Position numbers and translations under genes: made by a program
Shown: piece by piece, positions 10,589 to 21,308 of the stretch
How positions within the stretch are numbered: the first letter of the stretch is position 1
Layout of the letters: the number at the start of each line of letters is the position of its first letter
Notes under the pieces: generated by a model
Told to the model about the DNA's origin: nothing
What the model saw: only the letters and a program-made list of their open reading frames with translations
The model's database searches: none
Virus record (IMG/VR): IMGVR_UViG_3300001533_003062
Span: 26,327-90,326 of that record
Direction: 5' to 3' (one strand)
Length of the DNA: 64,000 bases
From: a virus

Positions 10589-12660
10589 TATAAACTCGCC
10601 TTTACTGTTTTCGACCCCATTAACGGAGCTCCTGTTATATAATCTTTATGCGAGTTAACGGTAACTACCCCACTTAATGCTGCCCCCGCACCTTTTATGT
10701 CTACAAGCATCCCCCTCAGTTGAGCCTTGCCTGCAGTTGCTTCCAGTTTCATACCTAAGGTCGAGGAAGCCTCTAATTTTCCCGCTACTGTCTTTAAAAT
10801 TACTTTACCGGCAACTGTTTTTAAAGATAAATCTCCTTTTAATGTCTCTACCTTAAAATCCCCGGCGGTCGAAAAAAACGTTCTATTTCCTTTTGTTATT
10901 ATTCTTTCTTCTATGTCACCCTTGGTGAGAGTGACCGACTTACCCCCTCTACCCACAACTGACTCTTCTATGTCACCTCTAGTAGTAGGTTTAGTGGGTA
11001 GCATTTTTAACTCGCTTTTACCCTCAGTTATCGTGGTCTCTCTGCTGCCGTAACCCTCTTGTTTCTCCTTAGATACTTTCTCATTGAAACTATTGCCCAC
11101 ACTTAAATTGAAGGATTCCCCTATATTAGTATTCGAGGAACCTCCTACAGTAAGCTCCTCCTTACCGTTTATACTGATTTTATCACTACCCTCTATTATA
11201 GTCTCACGAGACATTTCTACTTGTTTTCTCTCGAAGCCCGCGATAAATTCTATTTTTTTATACTTATTTATATTACCTACAGGTTCTCCCTCATTTTCGA
11301 AATCCTCAATTGTGGTTAGCTCCTTTTCTAAACCATACTTAAAAAAGACCCCCCTAGAAGTAGTAACATCCATACTCAGGTTCTTATGAGGGTTGTCCGA
11401 ACTTTCCCCATGGTTGCCTATTACCCACTTCAACCCACCATCAAGAACCATATCCCATGAATTACCAAACCTAGAGTCCGCTCCCCAAATTTCCTTACGA
11501 CTTCCTCTAGCTAATAAAGAAAGAGACCTCCCTGGACATATACCTCCCCCAGAACCTGACGGAAGAAAATGGTAAAAATGACCCTCTTTATCGGCTCCAA
11601 AAAAGGCACCCCTTTCAGCATTTCTTCTATTCGGAGCAAAAAGTGAAAAAGCCATTCCTATAGTATCCGGCTCTTCTCCTGTAAGAACATCAAAAATAAA
11701 ATCCCCCTCTACATCCCCGTAGTCATTGAATAACGTAGGTTTTAAAATCTTGCTGTAGGTATCCTCATACCTCTCGTTATTCCCTATAAAATGGCCCATA
11801 CTAAAAATAGCGTCAGGATTTCTGAACGTCTCTACGCCTATTTGATTTACGTCATTACCGGGCATATCATCTTTAGCCCTACCGTCTACCTCTATCCTAT
11901 ATTCGGTATAATAATCCGAAGCATTTTTATTATCGTTAGGCCTAAGATTATAGTTGATTGTACCGTCAACCTTTCGATCCTTTTCTACGTATGAGCCCTC
12001 TTCTCTGTTAAAATCCTCAGCAGAATTTCTCTGGGCTATACCTGCATTTACCCATACCCCACTGGTGAATACATAATTATTTGAAGAAGTACTTATGATC
12101 GTATTATCTTCAGACCTTATCTTAAAATTATCCCCTTGCCTAGTAGATATGTTTATATCACTATTGAAAAAAATCTCAGCGCCCTTATTAGAGGAGATAC
12201 TTATTTCACCCTCATCTAATCTCCTTAAACGATAAAAGTATTCATTCTTGTCATTAGTTTTTACCTTTTCTTTATTCCACTGAACGGCGTGCTCTTGTTT
12301 AAGACCCAATTTATACTTCGGTATAAATGTGACAGGGTAACAACCGTAGGGACTTTCTACCACCACAACCGTGGAATTTACCTCGGGAGCCGCGCATATA
12401 AAACTAGAGTTACCCGAGTAAGGCTGAGATATCATTACATCATCTAGGATATCCCCTCTTCTGTCGCCCATAAGGGATACCTTCATGATTTGTCTATCTG
12501 TATCGATACTTACGACGTTCCCTATGACTACAGATATACCCTCCTTACGTCTTATCGCAGGAGAGGGTAGCTCACCCTCCGCGTATATTCTTCCCGATAC
12601 TGGAGGGTCTATACGGCTTGTGCTTGACTGACTTTTAGCCACATTCACATTTACACTCAT
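10588..12660 (-). CDS. Baseplate central spike (gp5/VgrG-like)
   Basis: N-terminal OB-fold-like segment (IGNVVSIDTDRQIMKVSL...APEVNSTVVV), C-terminal short beta-strand repeats (LTVGGSSNTNIGESFNLSVGNS); follows hub gene. Confidence 0.7.
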   Translation of the reverse strand: MSVNVNVAKSQSSTSRIDPPVSGRIYAEGELPSPAIRRKEGISVVIGNVVSIDTDRQIMKVSLMGDRRGDILDDVMISQPYSGNSSFICAAPEVNSTVVVVESPYGCYPVTFIPKYKLGLKQEHAVQWNKEKVKTNDKNEYFYRLRRLDEGEISISSNKGAEIFFNSDINISTRQGDNFKIRSEDNTIISTSSNNYVFTSGVWVNAGIAQRNSAEDFNREEGSYVEKDRKVDGTINYNLRPNDNKNASDYYTEYRIEVDGRAKDDMPGNDVNQIGVETFRNPDAIFSMGHFIGNNERYEDTYSKILKPTLFNDYGDVEGDFIFDVLTGEEPDTIGMAFSLFAPNRRNAERGAFFGADKEGHFYHFLPSGSGGGICPGRSLSLLARGSRKEIWGADSRFGNSWDMVLDGGLKWVIGNHGESSDNPHKNLSMDVTTSRGVFFKYGLEKELTTIEDFENEGEPVGNINKYKKIEFIAGFERKQVEMSRETIIEGSDKISINGKEELTVGGSSNTNIGESFNLSVGNSFNEKVSKEKQEGYGSRETTITEGKSELKMLPTKPTTRGDIEESVVGRGGKSVTLTKGDIEERIITKGNRTFFSTAGDFKVETLKGDLSLKTVAGKVILKTVAGKLEASSTLGMKLEATAGKAQLRGMLVDIKGAGAALSGVVTVNSHKDYITGAPLMGSKTVKASL

Positions 12661-12662
12661 GA

Positions 12663-14870
12663 CTACCCTCTATCCTTAGGTTTCAATTTTAACAACCTTA
12701 TATTCTTGTATTCTTCAGAATTTATCCTGTCAGCAAGATCCACGAATTTATAATTATCTTCTCTATCTAATAATAAATTAGCTCCGTAAGGAAAAGCTCC
12801 TATATGCTCATAACCATTTTTATCTGTGTATGGCACGGTCTCTTTTGTTATGTGTATCATCTCATTGCTAAGTATTTTAAGAGAAGTCTCGGCGTCAGTA
12901 TTCCCGTCTTCGGGCTTACCTTGATCTACCACCTTGTCTCTAGTTATCTCTTTTGATGCAGGCCTTATCTCGGTGAAACCCTCCGAGTTATTACCCGCAT
13001 ATAAACCACTAGTACTCTCTAAATACTGCTTCTGAAGTTTATTAAGCTCATTCGCCTTGTTATCCTTACCAAGATCTCCCTGAGTCCTAGCTCCTTGGGC
13101 TATAGGTTCCAGCTTTTCATCATCGACAGCTTTTCCCTCCGCTAATATTTCTGAGATCTCATTCCTTAACTTCACTACATAACCTTTGAGTATCTTGCCA
13201 GGCACACTTGTTACTTCTCCTGAGTCAAAAACTCTATCTCTTCTAGCCTCAAGGTTAAGCTGAGTCGTTGCGGAAGATCCGAAAGAGAAACTATGGGAGA
13301 TACCCGATACATAGTAAAAACAGTCTGCGTGACTTATATAAACAGGGTACCCCAACCTCATCTCAGATCTAAGAGGGATAGACAAGGCTCCTGTTTTTGT
13401 TTTAGCATTTATCCTAGCCATCTCAGCTACCGCTATAGCCCTTAGTGTAGCTGGAGTGTTACCGTAGTTCATACTCAATGTCTGATGCCTAAGGCCGTAC
13501 CTTTTCACAGACTCATAATCTATATGGACACCCAAATACGCCAACTCCGGGAAGTGGTAATTAAAGGGCCCGGTTACCTCTAAGTAATTGACTATAGCGT
13601 CTGTGTTTTGCGAGAATGAAAAATTGATTATATCTTCCGATTTCATGACATATGTCTCATCTCCTCCAAATACTACATCTAAATTATACATAGGGGGCTT
13701 AAAGACAAAACTACCATTTAGGTCCACAAAAAATTCCATATGCGTATCTTCACATATCTTATTAGCTATTTCTAGCTTAGTATTCTGGAGAGATTGGGAA
13801 CCATCTCCATATAGACTAAAAGCACCATAGGGTAAAACTCTCTCTAATATAGAAAAGTCAAGATCTAACTCAGCCCTTGTTGTCCTATTCTTTGATTTAT
13901 CCGACGTAGACATATATTCTTTAACAGACTGAGCTATACTCTTCAGTTCTATAGGGCCCACTAACCCATACATTTCTAGGGCGGCCTTACCTTTTTTAGC
14001 CAGGTCCTCCTCACTTGCACTTTTATCCCCTATTATACCATCAGGACCTGCAAAAGATTGAAAATCGAATCTCCGGGACCAATACTCTGTTGCACTTCTA
14101 GCTAGACCTCCTAGAACCTTACCTACATCGTCCCCAGAAACATTACCTATCTGAGGGTTATTATAAAGGCTAGAAAAATTAGGGTAAACAAAATTATCAG
14201 TTGAGTCCGAACCCTTCCTATTGAAAAATGTATCTAAAAACAAAGAGTATATTATTTCCCAGGGATTCATAAACTCAAAGATTGTAGATATTTGATCTTT
14301 TTGATTGGAACCCAAAATAGTATTAGCTAAAGACGGGGCGACCGTGAGCTTCTGAAAAGCCCACCAATTCAAGAGATCCACACAATTCAGGCTAAAGGTG
14401 CTTACCCCTCCTGAATAACTCTCTGTGACATTTGTTATAAACCCCCAAAAAACTGGATAGTACTGAGGCCTATACTTATTGGCGGGGGCTTTTTCTATAA
14501 AACGGGATTTCATGAATATTTTTACTTCTGTCATGGGCAAAAAGTAAGGGACCCTTATCCCATTAGGCATATCGACATAGTAATCGTTATGTAAGCCCTT
14601 ATACTGAGGAGCAACCACCTCTATATTAGCTCTCCCGGAACCTGACGGAGAAATAGAGGCACTAACATTTATGGATGTAATACCGCCCTGAAGATACTTC
14701 ATTGATTCCTTATTACCCGATACACTGAAGCTATTATTAGTCTCAGGGTCCATAGGAGATATAGCCTTCTCCCCAAAAGCATTATTCATGATAGCTATAG
14801 CGTCAGGTGCAAGCTTAAGAACGCTTCTATCTTTTATACCTTTTAGACTAAATAATCCAGAACTATCCAT
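12663..14870 (-). CDS. Baseplate hub protein (gp27/gp44-like)
   Basis: FWGFITNVTESYSGG, EFFVDLNGSFVFKPP, MRLGYPVYI..FYYVSGISHSF motifs; lies between tape-measure region and spike. Confidence 0.7.
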   Translation of the reverse strand: MDSSGLFSLKGIKDRSVLKLAPDAIAIMNNAFGEKAISPMDPETNNSFSVSGNKESMKYLQGGITSINVSASISPSGSGRANIEVVAPQYKGLHNDYYVDMPNGIRVPYFLPMTEVKIFMKSRFIEKAPANKYRPQYYPVFWGFITNVTESYSGGVSTFSLNCVDLLNWWAFQKLTVAPSLANTILGSNQKDQISTIFEFMNPWEIIYSLFLDTFFNRKGSDSTDNFVYPNFSSLYNNPQIGNVSGDDVGKVLGGLARSATEYWSRRFDFQSFAGPDGIIGDKSASEEDLAKKGKAALEMYGLVGPIELKSIAQSVKEYMSTSDKSKNRTTRAELDLDFSILERVLPYGAFSLYGDGSQSLQNTKLEIANKICEDTHMEFFVDLNGSFVFKPPMYNLDVVFGGDETYVMKSEDIINFSFSQNTDAIVNYLEVTGPFNYHFPELAYLGVHIDYESVKRYGLRHQTLSMNYGNTPATLRAIAVAEMARINAKTKTGALSIPLRSEMRLGYPVYISHADCFYYVSGISHSFSFGSSATTQLNLEARRDRVFDSGEVTSVPGKILKGYVVKLRNEISEILAEGKAVDDEKLEPIAQGARTQGDLGKDNKANELNKLQKQYLESTSGLYAGNNSEGFTEIRPASKEITRDKVVDQGKPEDGNTDAETSLKILSNEMIHITKETVPYTDKNGYEHIGAFPYGANLLLDREDNYKFVDLADRINSEEYKNIRLLKLKPKDRG

Positions 14871-14883
14871 AATTTATAAAACC

Positions 14884-16581
14884 TTATTTCTTAACTACTG
14901 TACTTAAAACATTTACTAGATATCCATTTTTCTTGTTTTCAGCCCCCGCTAAAATATAACCCACTGTAGGGTCAGCAGGTATACTATTCGTTTTTAAATT
15001 ACTAGGGCTCGAGTTATAAGCCCCAAGCTCCTTCAGAGTATCTCCCTCTATACCTAATGACTTAGCATTAGAATTCAACAAAAATATCGAAGATATCATA
15101 CCGAAGCTAGGATCGTTATCACAATTTTCGAAATTAATTTCACCCTCTTTATTTTTATACCCCATGCCCTCCATGAAAGGGATGAACTTAGGATCTTCCA
15201 CCAATCCCTTGAAAGTAGCCCCAGACATTTGAGTAACACCTAATGATGGAAGTTTCTGATCCGTATCACCCACTATGGCTTTTTTTATCGTGACGCTATT
15301 ACCGTCTGAAGACCAGTAACCCTGCGACTCATTATTAATGATAGTAGCTAAGAGTACAGGATCCAGATTATACCCTAACTTCTCCGCCGCTTCTGCAGCC
15401 ACCTGCCCAAAGGTTTTATCTCCGTGTGTACTACCCGCCTTAGATCGAAAGAAATTTACAGTCTCTTCTATATTACTATTATCTTTGGCTTTTCCTCCCG
15501 CGTCTACTAAGTTATCCTCAAATTGCTCATCCGTTAGGGTCAATATAGGGGTATTCCCCTCCGTTACTTTCATATAAGTGATTTCCCTGCCATCCTTGAA
15601 CCTACGTGTATAGGTGGTCCCTACAGGACTATCGGAGTCTACCTCACCCGATATAGGTTTTTGACTCTTATAATCCTGAAAGTCAAAAGTAAACTCAGGA
15701 TTTTTGGGGTTTTCGCTAAAAAAATCCTTTATCTTAAACACGTCATTTAAATCTTCTTTACTCATGAGAACAGTTTTAGCGAAAAAAGAATTTTTACCCT
15801 GTACTGAGAAGGGAATATCCTCGTTCTCATTAGACACCTCATTACCTTCCATCCTTAAATGGCCTTCCATAGCATCTCCGCGCATGCCCGAAACTACAAA
15901 CTCAAAATTATAGCTTAAATTAAAAGGCTTAGAAGGATCCTCACTTAAAGTAAAAGAATTGAAGTTACCTACATACTCAGACCCATCATAGGATAAAAGG
16001 ATACTATCCATTACATTGATAACCCGGCTCTTTGAACTGTATAAACTAGAATTTCTACTACCATTTAGGAAATAGTTACCGTTATTCCGATACATGGAAA
16101 TTAAATCTAAAAGATTAATGAAACCTAAAGTCTCTTTTCTATTTTTGGTTGTTAAACCGCTATTAAAAATCTTACCTTTATGAGAAACTCCAGTTCCTAT
16201 AAAAAAGGCCGCGGATACTCCCGAACAAGCTATCGTTTGTTGCTGACTTCCCCAGAGAGTAGACACCCAAGACTGTCTCGTGTAACTATTAGAGGATATA
16301 AAAGACAGGCCCATCTGTATATCCTGAGGGTTTATTAATAAACCCAATTCGACCTCTTCCGTGTCCGTGTAGTAATTGTATATAGAGAACTTAAAAAGTA
16401 GACCATGGTTTGTCCGTAAGGACCTAGCAGAAGAGTAGTATTGCCCCGATGAGTTATTGAGGACAGACAACGCGTTCGACATAAAATAAACCTTATCATC
16501 CCTTAAAAAGAATGAGCCCCCTTGCCTTGAAGAAAGGTTATCGAATGCTGTTAAACTATCACTTACTTTATTTAAAGCCAT
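14884..16581 (-). CDS. Tail tube initiator-like domain fused to lytic transglycosylase (SLT)
   Basis: N-half resembles neighbour 16595-17875 (INPQD..WVSTLWG..YVGNFNSFTLSED); C-terminal LDPVLLATIINNES..GVTQM..GAYN is SLT-like. Confidence 0.65.
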   Translation of the reverse strand: MALNKVSDSLTAFDNLSSRQGGSFFLRDDKVYFMSNALSVLNNSSGQYYSSARSLRTNHGLLFKFSIYNYYTDTEEVELGLLINPQDIQMGLSFISSNSYTRQSWVSTLWGSQQQTIACSGVSAAFFIGTGVSHKGKIFNSGLTTKNRKETLGFINLLDLISMYRNNGNYFLNGSRNSSLYSSKSRVINVMDSILLSYDGSEYVGNFNSFTLSEDPSKPFNLSYNFEFVVSGMRGDAMEGHLRMEGNEVSNENEDIPFSVQGKNSFFAKTVLMSKEDLNDVFKIKDFFSENPKNPEFTFDFQDYKSQKPISGEVDSDSPVGTTYTRRFKDGREITYMKVTEGNTPILTLTDEQFEDNLVDAGGKAKDNSNIEETVNFFRSKAGSTHGDKTFGQVAAEAAEKLGYNLDPVLLATIINNESQGYWSSDGNSVTIKKAIVGDTDQKLPSLGVTQMSGATFKGLVEDPKFIPFMEGMGYKNKEGEINFENCDNDPSFGMISSIFLLNSNAKSLGIEGDTLKELGAYNSSPSNLKTNSIPADPTVGYILAGAENKKNGYLVNVLSTVVKK

Positions 16582-16594
16582 GTATCTTACCTAA

Positions 16595-17875
16595 CTACAC
16601 GAAGGCAGTAGGCTCCTCTGAGCCCGAACTCGGATAAATGAATTTATTAGAATCCAATAGCCCGCCATAGGTATTGTCCTTACTCTCCACATTAAAATTA
16701 GTATCCACCTGTAAAGGTACCCTATCTCTGTTTGCTGTGACACCTTGATTATATATAGTTTTCTCGGACCTATAGGTCATACTATACCTTAATCTGAAGG
16801 GTGAACTGCTATCTTCTGTGAGGTCAAAACTATCTATATACCCTAAACACGTTATATAGTCATAGTGTAACTTAATATAAAGCCTTTCTTTAGGCAGACC
16901 TCTTCTAGGGTGGTTGTTTAAGAAATAACTGTTAGAACGATCTCTTATGAACTCTTGAGTTAAACTACTATCGTCATAGGACTTAGCATCATGATACAAC
17001 ATACCGTTAGTCCTATACAACTTTACTATCTCCTTAAGCATTTCATAGGGTTTGGTTTTCCTTCTATTTACAACGGATAAACCCTCACCCTGGTACTCTC
17101 TATCATCATAGTACTCAAATAATCCAAAGGTACCTCCTGAAAAAGTTATGGTGTCTATCTCATCCCCCCAATGCTCCTCTATCCACCGAGTCATAGTGTG
17201 GTACCTATTTATTATTTTAGACGAATTTATAACTAAACTATCGGGGGTAGGGGTAAGCGATATAGCGCTTACGATAGAACAATCTCCCATACTCATAAGA
17301 TAAGATTGACCCGTAGAATCTACCATATCTAATATAAACTTTTTTTCACCCTTATTTCTTTTAGTGTACTCAGGCCGTATTTCCCTCTCATTGTTGTACT
17401 TTCCGTAGGGGAGCTTAATTTTCATAATAGGCCCACACTCAGGTACTGTATGCGGTTTTATGAAAGGAGTGGGTACATTCGGTACAGAAATAGGATCTTC
17501 CCCTGTTTCTTCTTTTATGGTATCTTCCTCGGTTTTTATATTAGTTATAGTGGGCTCTTTAATCTCAGGATCCCCCTTAATCTCTATCTCTCCGAAATCG
17601 TACACTACACTCGTATTAGACCCATACAAATCAACCACTAATAACCCTTGGGGGTTTAATGTACTTACAGTATAACCTGTAGCATCTTGTACGGCTAGTT
17701 CTCCCCCACCTCCATCAGACACTATCTCGGAACCAAAGGACCCAGAAGCACCCCCACTCCCGGAAGAACCTCCCTGGAAGAATTCAGAAGAGTCCACGAC
17801 ATTACTACTCGTGTCATAATCTTCGGGTACGTCCTTACCCTTAAAAAAATCTAATACAGGATCCCAAGAGGCCAT
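16595..17875 (-). CDS. Tail tube initiator / baseplate-tube junction protein
   Basis: PTPDSL..WIEEHWGDEIDTITFSG..GYIDSFDLTED; directly after tape measure. Confidence 0.55.
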   Translation of the reverse strand: MASWDPVLDFFKGKDVPEDYDTSSNVVDSSEFFQGGSSGSGGASGSFGSEIVSDGGGGELAVQDATGYTVSTLNPQGLLVVDLYGSNTSVVYDFGEIEIKGDPEIKEPTITNIKTEEDTIKEETGEDPISVPNVPTPFIKPHTVPECGPIMKIKLPYGKYNNEREIRPEYTKRNKGEKKFILDMVDSTGQSYLMSMGDCSIVSAISLTPTPDSLVINSSKIINRYHTMTRWIEEHWGDEIDTITFSGGTFGLFEYYDDREYQGEGLSVVNRRKTKPYEMLKEIVKLYRTNGMLYHDAKSYDDSSLTQEFIRDRSNSYFLNNHPRRGLPKERLYIKLHYDYITCLGYIDSFDLTEDSSSPFRLRYSMTYRSEKTIYNQGVTANRDRVPLQVDTNFNVESKDNTYGGLLDSNKFIYPSSGSEEPTAFV

Positions 17876-17886
17876 TTATATAATCC

Positions 17887-20800
17887 TTACGTTTTCGTTA
17901 CTGATTTAGCTTTACTTTCAGCTATTTTCTGCTTAGTTATCTTCTCTATCTTAGCTGTTAATTCTGTATCTAGTTTGATCTCAATATCCACTTTATCACC
18001 CTCAAGAGCCTCCTTAAGGTTAGTGAAATTTTTGTCTATCAATTCAAGCAGAACAGGCTCGCCAGCCTTACTCAACAGGAAGTCCCTCTCCTTCTTCGTC
18101 TCACCCTTTAAAAGCGTGTTTAAAGCCTTGTCTTTCTCCTTTTCAGTACTTTTATCAACCGTTAGAACTTTAAGTAGACCCTCTAGTTTATCATTATGCA
18201 TACCTTTGGTATCTAGCGCCCACTTAGAACCTTTCTTTTTCTCTTTTTCATGTTGAATATCCTTTTTCCAATCAACGGCGAGAAACTGGCTTTCTATTTC
18301 TACTGCTCTGCGACCAGTTTCCACAAACGAGTCATCGACCCTAGTATCGCCTGTATAATTAGTGCCATCTTTTTTATAGCTTTTCCCGTAAGCATCCGTC
18401 TTTATGTTTTGGATATACCCTTGTATATTCTTATAGCCTGGCACAGACTCTACCTCTTTTATGTATCCCTCTAATTTAGGTATAGAAGCCTCTAATTCTT
18501 TGAGTAATTTCGTTTCAACCTTAGTCAGGCCCTTCTCACCCCCCTGTCTCGCCTTTAGTCCCGCTATCTCTCTTTTACGCCCTTCTAGCATAGCTACAGA
18601 ATCCGTATACTTCTCTTTAAAAACCTTATCAAATCTTTCCATAGCATTTTTATTTTTATTTCTAAACCAACTTTGGATAATATTAAAAATACCGCCTGTA
18701 TTAGTAGCTATATTTGATATACCCGCAAGGGTGTCCCTTGCAACATCGCTGGAGGCCAATGCGTATCTTAATTGCTCTTTTCCTATACCTACATATTTAG
18801 ATAAAGGATTAGTCATCTCACCTATACCCGCCGCTATATTTTTCTGCTGCTTTTCATCAGCTCTAATATCTGGAGTTTTTTGAACCATTAAAGTATCCGT
18901 GAGTTTGGTGATAAAATCAGCATACCCCCCTTTAGCCCCTCCGCCCTCAAGGGTAGTTATGAGGCCCTGAATATTAGTGGCATCATCCTCGATTAATTTT
19001 AAAAGGGAATTTATTAAACCCTCATTTGCGCCTCCTGCTTTTAAGGCCTCTAAATCCGTCTTTATCTTAGTAGCGTAATCCTCCTTAGACATATCACCCG
19101 AGGAATATTTTTCAAACAAGGTCTTAAACTCACCGAACTTTTTACCTATATCATCACCGAGTTTACCTGATTTTATTATATTAAATAGCTCTTCAGCACC
19201 TGCTCGTTTTAAAGACCCTCTTCTAGCCAGAGACCTATCTCTTAGGCTATCTATTACGCTAGAGTCTACATTAATCTGCTTAAGTACGTTTTTTATTCGC
19301 ATAAATACGTTTTCCTGCTCTGAGCCTATAGCAGATAAACTACCCCCAAATTTTCCGGCTAGCATCTGCATATAAGACACAGGGTCTCTTGCCAGTTCCT
19401 CTCTCACTCCGCGACCCATTTGATAGGGATCACTACTACCGGCACTATACTTCATAATATCGAACCTACCAAGGGCTGTTTTTAGGTTAGCCTCCATGGA
19501 GGCTACTAGAGATTCTGCTGCTTTTTTCTCATCAGCGCCACTAGCGCTCTTAAGTCTCTCTTTAGCGGCATTTAGACTCTCTTTTGCTTTAGCTACTTCC
19601 TCTTCCCTATACTTCAGGCCCTTATCTAATATCTGCTTTACTGATGAACTATCCATACCTCCCAGCATACTCATAAACTTCATTGTGGTGTTATCATCCA
19701 TATTGCCCATAGTTTGAGATAGAGAAGATAGATCCTTAGCAGCATCTTTAAAACCAGTGATACCCTCTTCCATGAATTTAGTAAGATGGCCGGAGGTACT
19801 TTTAAGATAACTTCCATACCGGCTTAAACCTGAAGATACATTCATCACCTCTTGGTAAAATCTATTAGAGCTTACACCAGCCACCGTAGCATCATAAGAC
19901 ATCTGAGAAAAAGAGTCAGATACTTCATCTAAACTACTCTTTAGATTCAACATCTGATCTGAAATCATCCCGCCCATGTCAGAAAGACCCACCCCAAACG
20001 TGCGGCTTAGTACAATAGTTTTCTCTAAAGCCTCATTATAAGAGCCAATAGATTTCTCGATACCGCCCAAACTCATACCACTAGATTTAAATCCAGAGAA
20101 AGCCTGTTTTACCTCTTCAGCATTTACCCCATATTTCATCTTTATCTCGGAGTTATATAAGGTATCTGTGAAATTTCTTACTTTCTCTCCTAAGTCTGTT
20201 AAGGAGGTTATAGGCCCTTGCATTTCAAAATATGATTGATTAGCCTTCTTTATAAATTCATCCAAAGCAGACCCGAACTTAACTAAAGCGCCCACAGCTG
20301 ATATAATAAGACCAAACCACCCGGCTGTCCCTACAGCCTTCATGGCAACGCCTAAGCCCTTAAAAGCAACCTTCAAGCCTCCGACATTCTTCCCCAACCC
20401 ATCAGCGGCCCTACCCATATCCTGAAGGCCTTTAATATTTTTACCTATGGCTGTCAGACCTGAACCTTTTCCCTGAAAAAGGCTCTTTACTCCCACCACA
20501 GTACCCGTTATATGTCCTGAGGCCCTCCCCTTTAATTCTTCCTTCGCTTTCTCCTGCGCACTTTCAGTGATTACACCCCCTTTTAACGTCTCACCCTTAA
20601 GTGCTTTAGATATTAACCTCTCTAAATCTATATTTTTGAAGCCTTGATTAAAAATGTCTGTTGCAAACTCCTCGGCCTGAGCCACGCCCTTTTGAAAACC
20701 CTCAGACTTTATTGCCCCTAACTCAAGCTGGGCCTTCAGGTCTTTTATCCTTAAGTCAGTCAACTTCTTTATTGCTGCAGCCTCATCCGCCTTTGTCTTT

Positions 20801-21306
20801 ATCCCCGATCTAGCTAACTCATTAGCCCTGCTTGCCGTGTTGGACATGGCCTTCATAGCATTCTTATAATTATCTGCGTTTTTACGCGCTTTCTCTAGAC
20901 TTCCAGCGACTATCTCTTGTTGTTCTTTGAAAGTATCCTCTACTTTAATCGCTTTATCAAAAGCTTCGTTTGTTTCATCCAAAGATTTTTTTAATCGCTC
21001 TGATTCTTCCTTAAATTTTTTCTCGCTGAGGGATCCCTTTTTATAAGCCTTTTCTAATCCCTTTAGCGCCCTCTCTTCACCCTCGATACCTTCCATAATT
21101 TTATCAATTTTTTCTTTTTGGTCATCCAGAGCTCCTGAAAGAACGTTCTCCGCACTGGTTAAGCCTTTTATGGACCCCTCTGCCTTTCTTACTCTGCGGT
21201 CATACGTTGTTATAGTTTCGTTATGACTACTAAGCTCCCTATCAAGTCTACTGAGACTCTCTTGTATAGCATCTAATTGTTCCTTAGATAATTTATTAAC
21301 CGCCAT
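17887..21306 (-). CDS. Tape measure protein
   Basis: 1139 aa, helical/coiled-coil, Ala/Gly-rich hydrophobic stretch (AVGTAGWFGLIISAVGALV); follows tube and two chaperones. Confidence 0.8.
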   Translation of the reverse strand: MAVNKLSKEQLDAIQESLSRLDRELSSHNETITTYDRRVRKAEGSIKGLTSAENVLSGALDDQKEKIDKIMEGIEGEERALKGLEKAYKKGSLSEKKFKEESERLKKSLDETNEAFDKAIKVEDTFKEQQEIVAGSLEKARKNADNYKNAMKAMSNTASRANELARSGIKTKADEAAAIKKLTDLRIKDLKAQLELGAIKSEGFQKGVAQAEEFATDIFNQGFKNIDLERLISKALKGETLKGGVITESAQEKAKEELKGRASGHITGTVVGVKSLFQGKGSGLTAIGKNIKGLQDMGRAADGLGKNVGGLKVAFKGLGVAMKAVGTAGWFGLIISAVGALVKFGSALDEFIKKANQSYFEMQGPITSLTDLGEKVRNFTDTLYNSEIKMKYGVNAEEVKQAFSGFKSSGMSLGGIEKSIGSYNEALEKTIVLSRTFGVGLSDMGGMISDQMLNLKSSLDEVSDSFSQMSYDATVAGVSSNRFYQEVMNVSSGLSRYGSYLKSTSGHLTKFMEEGITGFKDAAKDLSSLSQTMGNMDDNTTMKFMSMLGGMDSSSVKQILDKGLKYREEEVAKAKESLNAAKERLKSASGADEKKAAESLVASMEANLKTALGRFDIMKYSAGSSDPYQMGRGVREELARDPVSYMQMLAGKFGGSLSAIGSEQENVFMRIKNVLKQINVDSSVIDSLRDRSLARRGSLKRAGAEELFNIIKSGKLGDDIGKKFGEFKTLFEKYSSGDMSKEDYATKIKTDLEALKAGGANEGLINSLLKLIEDDATNIQGLITTLEGGGAKGGYADFITKLTDTLMVQKTPDIRADEKQQKNIAAGIGEMTNPLSKYVGIGKEQLRYALASSDVARDTLAGISNIATNTGGIFNIIQSWFRNKNKNAMERFDKVFKEKYTDSVAMLEGRKREIAGLKARQGGEKGLTKVETKLLKELEASIPKLEGYIKEVESVPGYKNIQGYIQNIKTDAYGKSYKKDGTNYTGDTRVDDSFVETGRRAVEIESQFLAVDWKKDIQHEKEKKKGSKWALDTKGMHNDKLEGLLKVLTVDKSTEKEKDKALNTLLKGETKKERDFLLSKAGEPVLLELIDKNFTNLKEALEGDKVDIEIKLDTELTAKIEKITKQKIAESKAKSVTKT

Positions 21307-21308
21307 AA

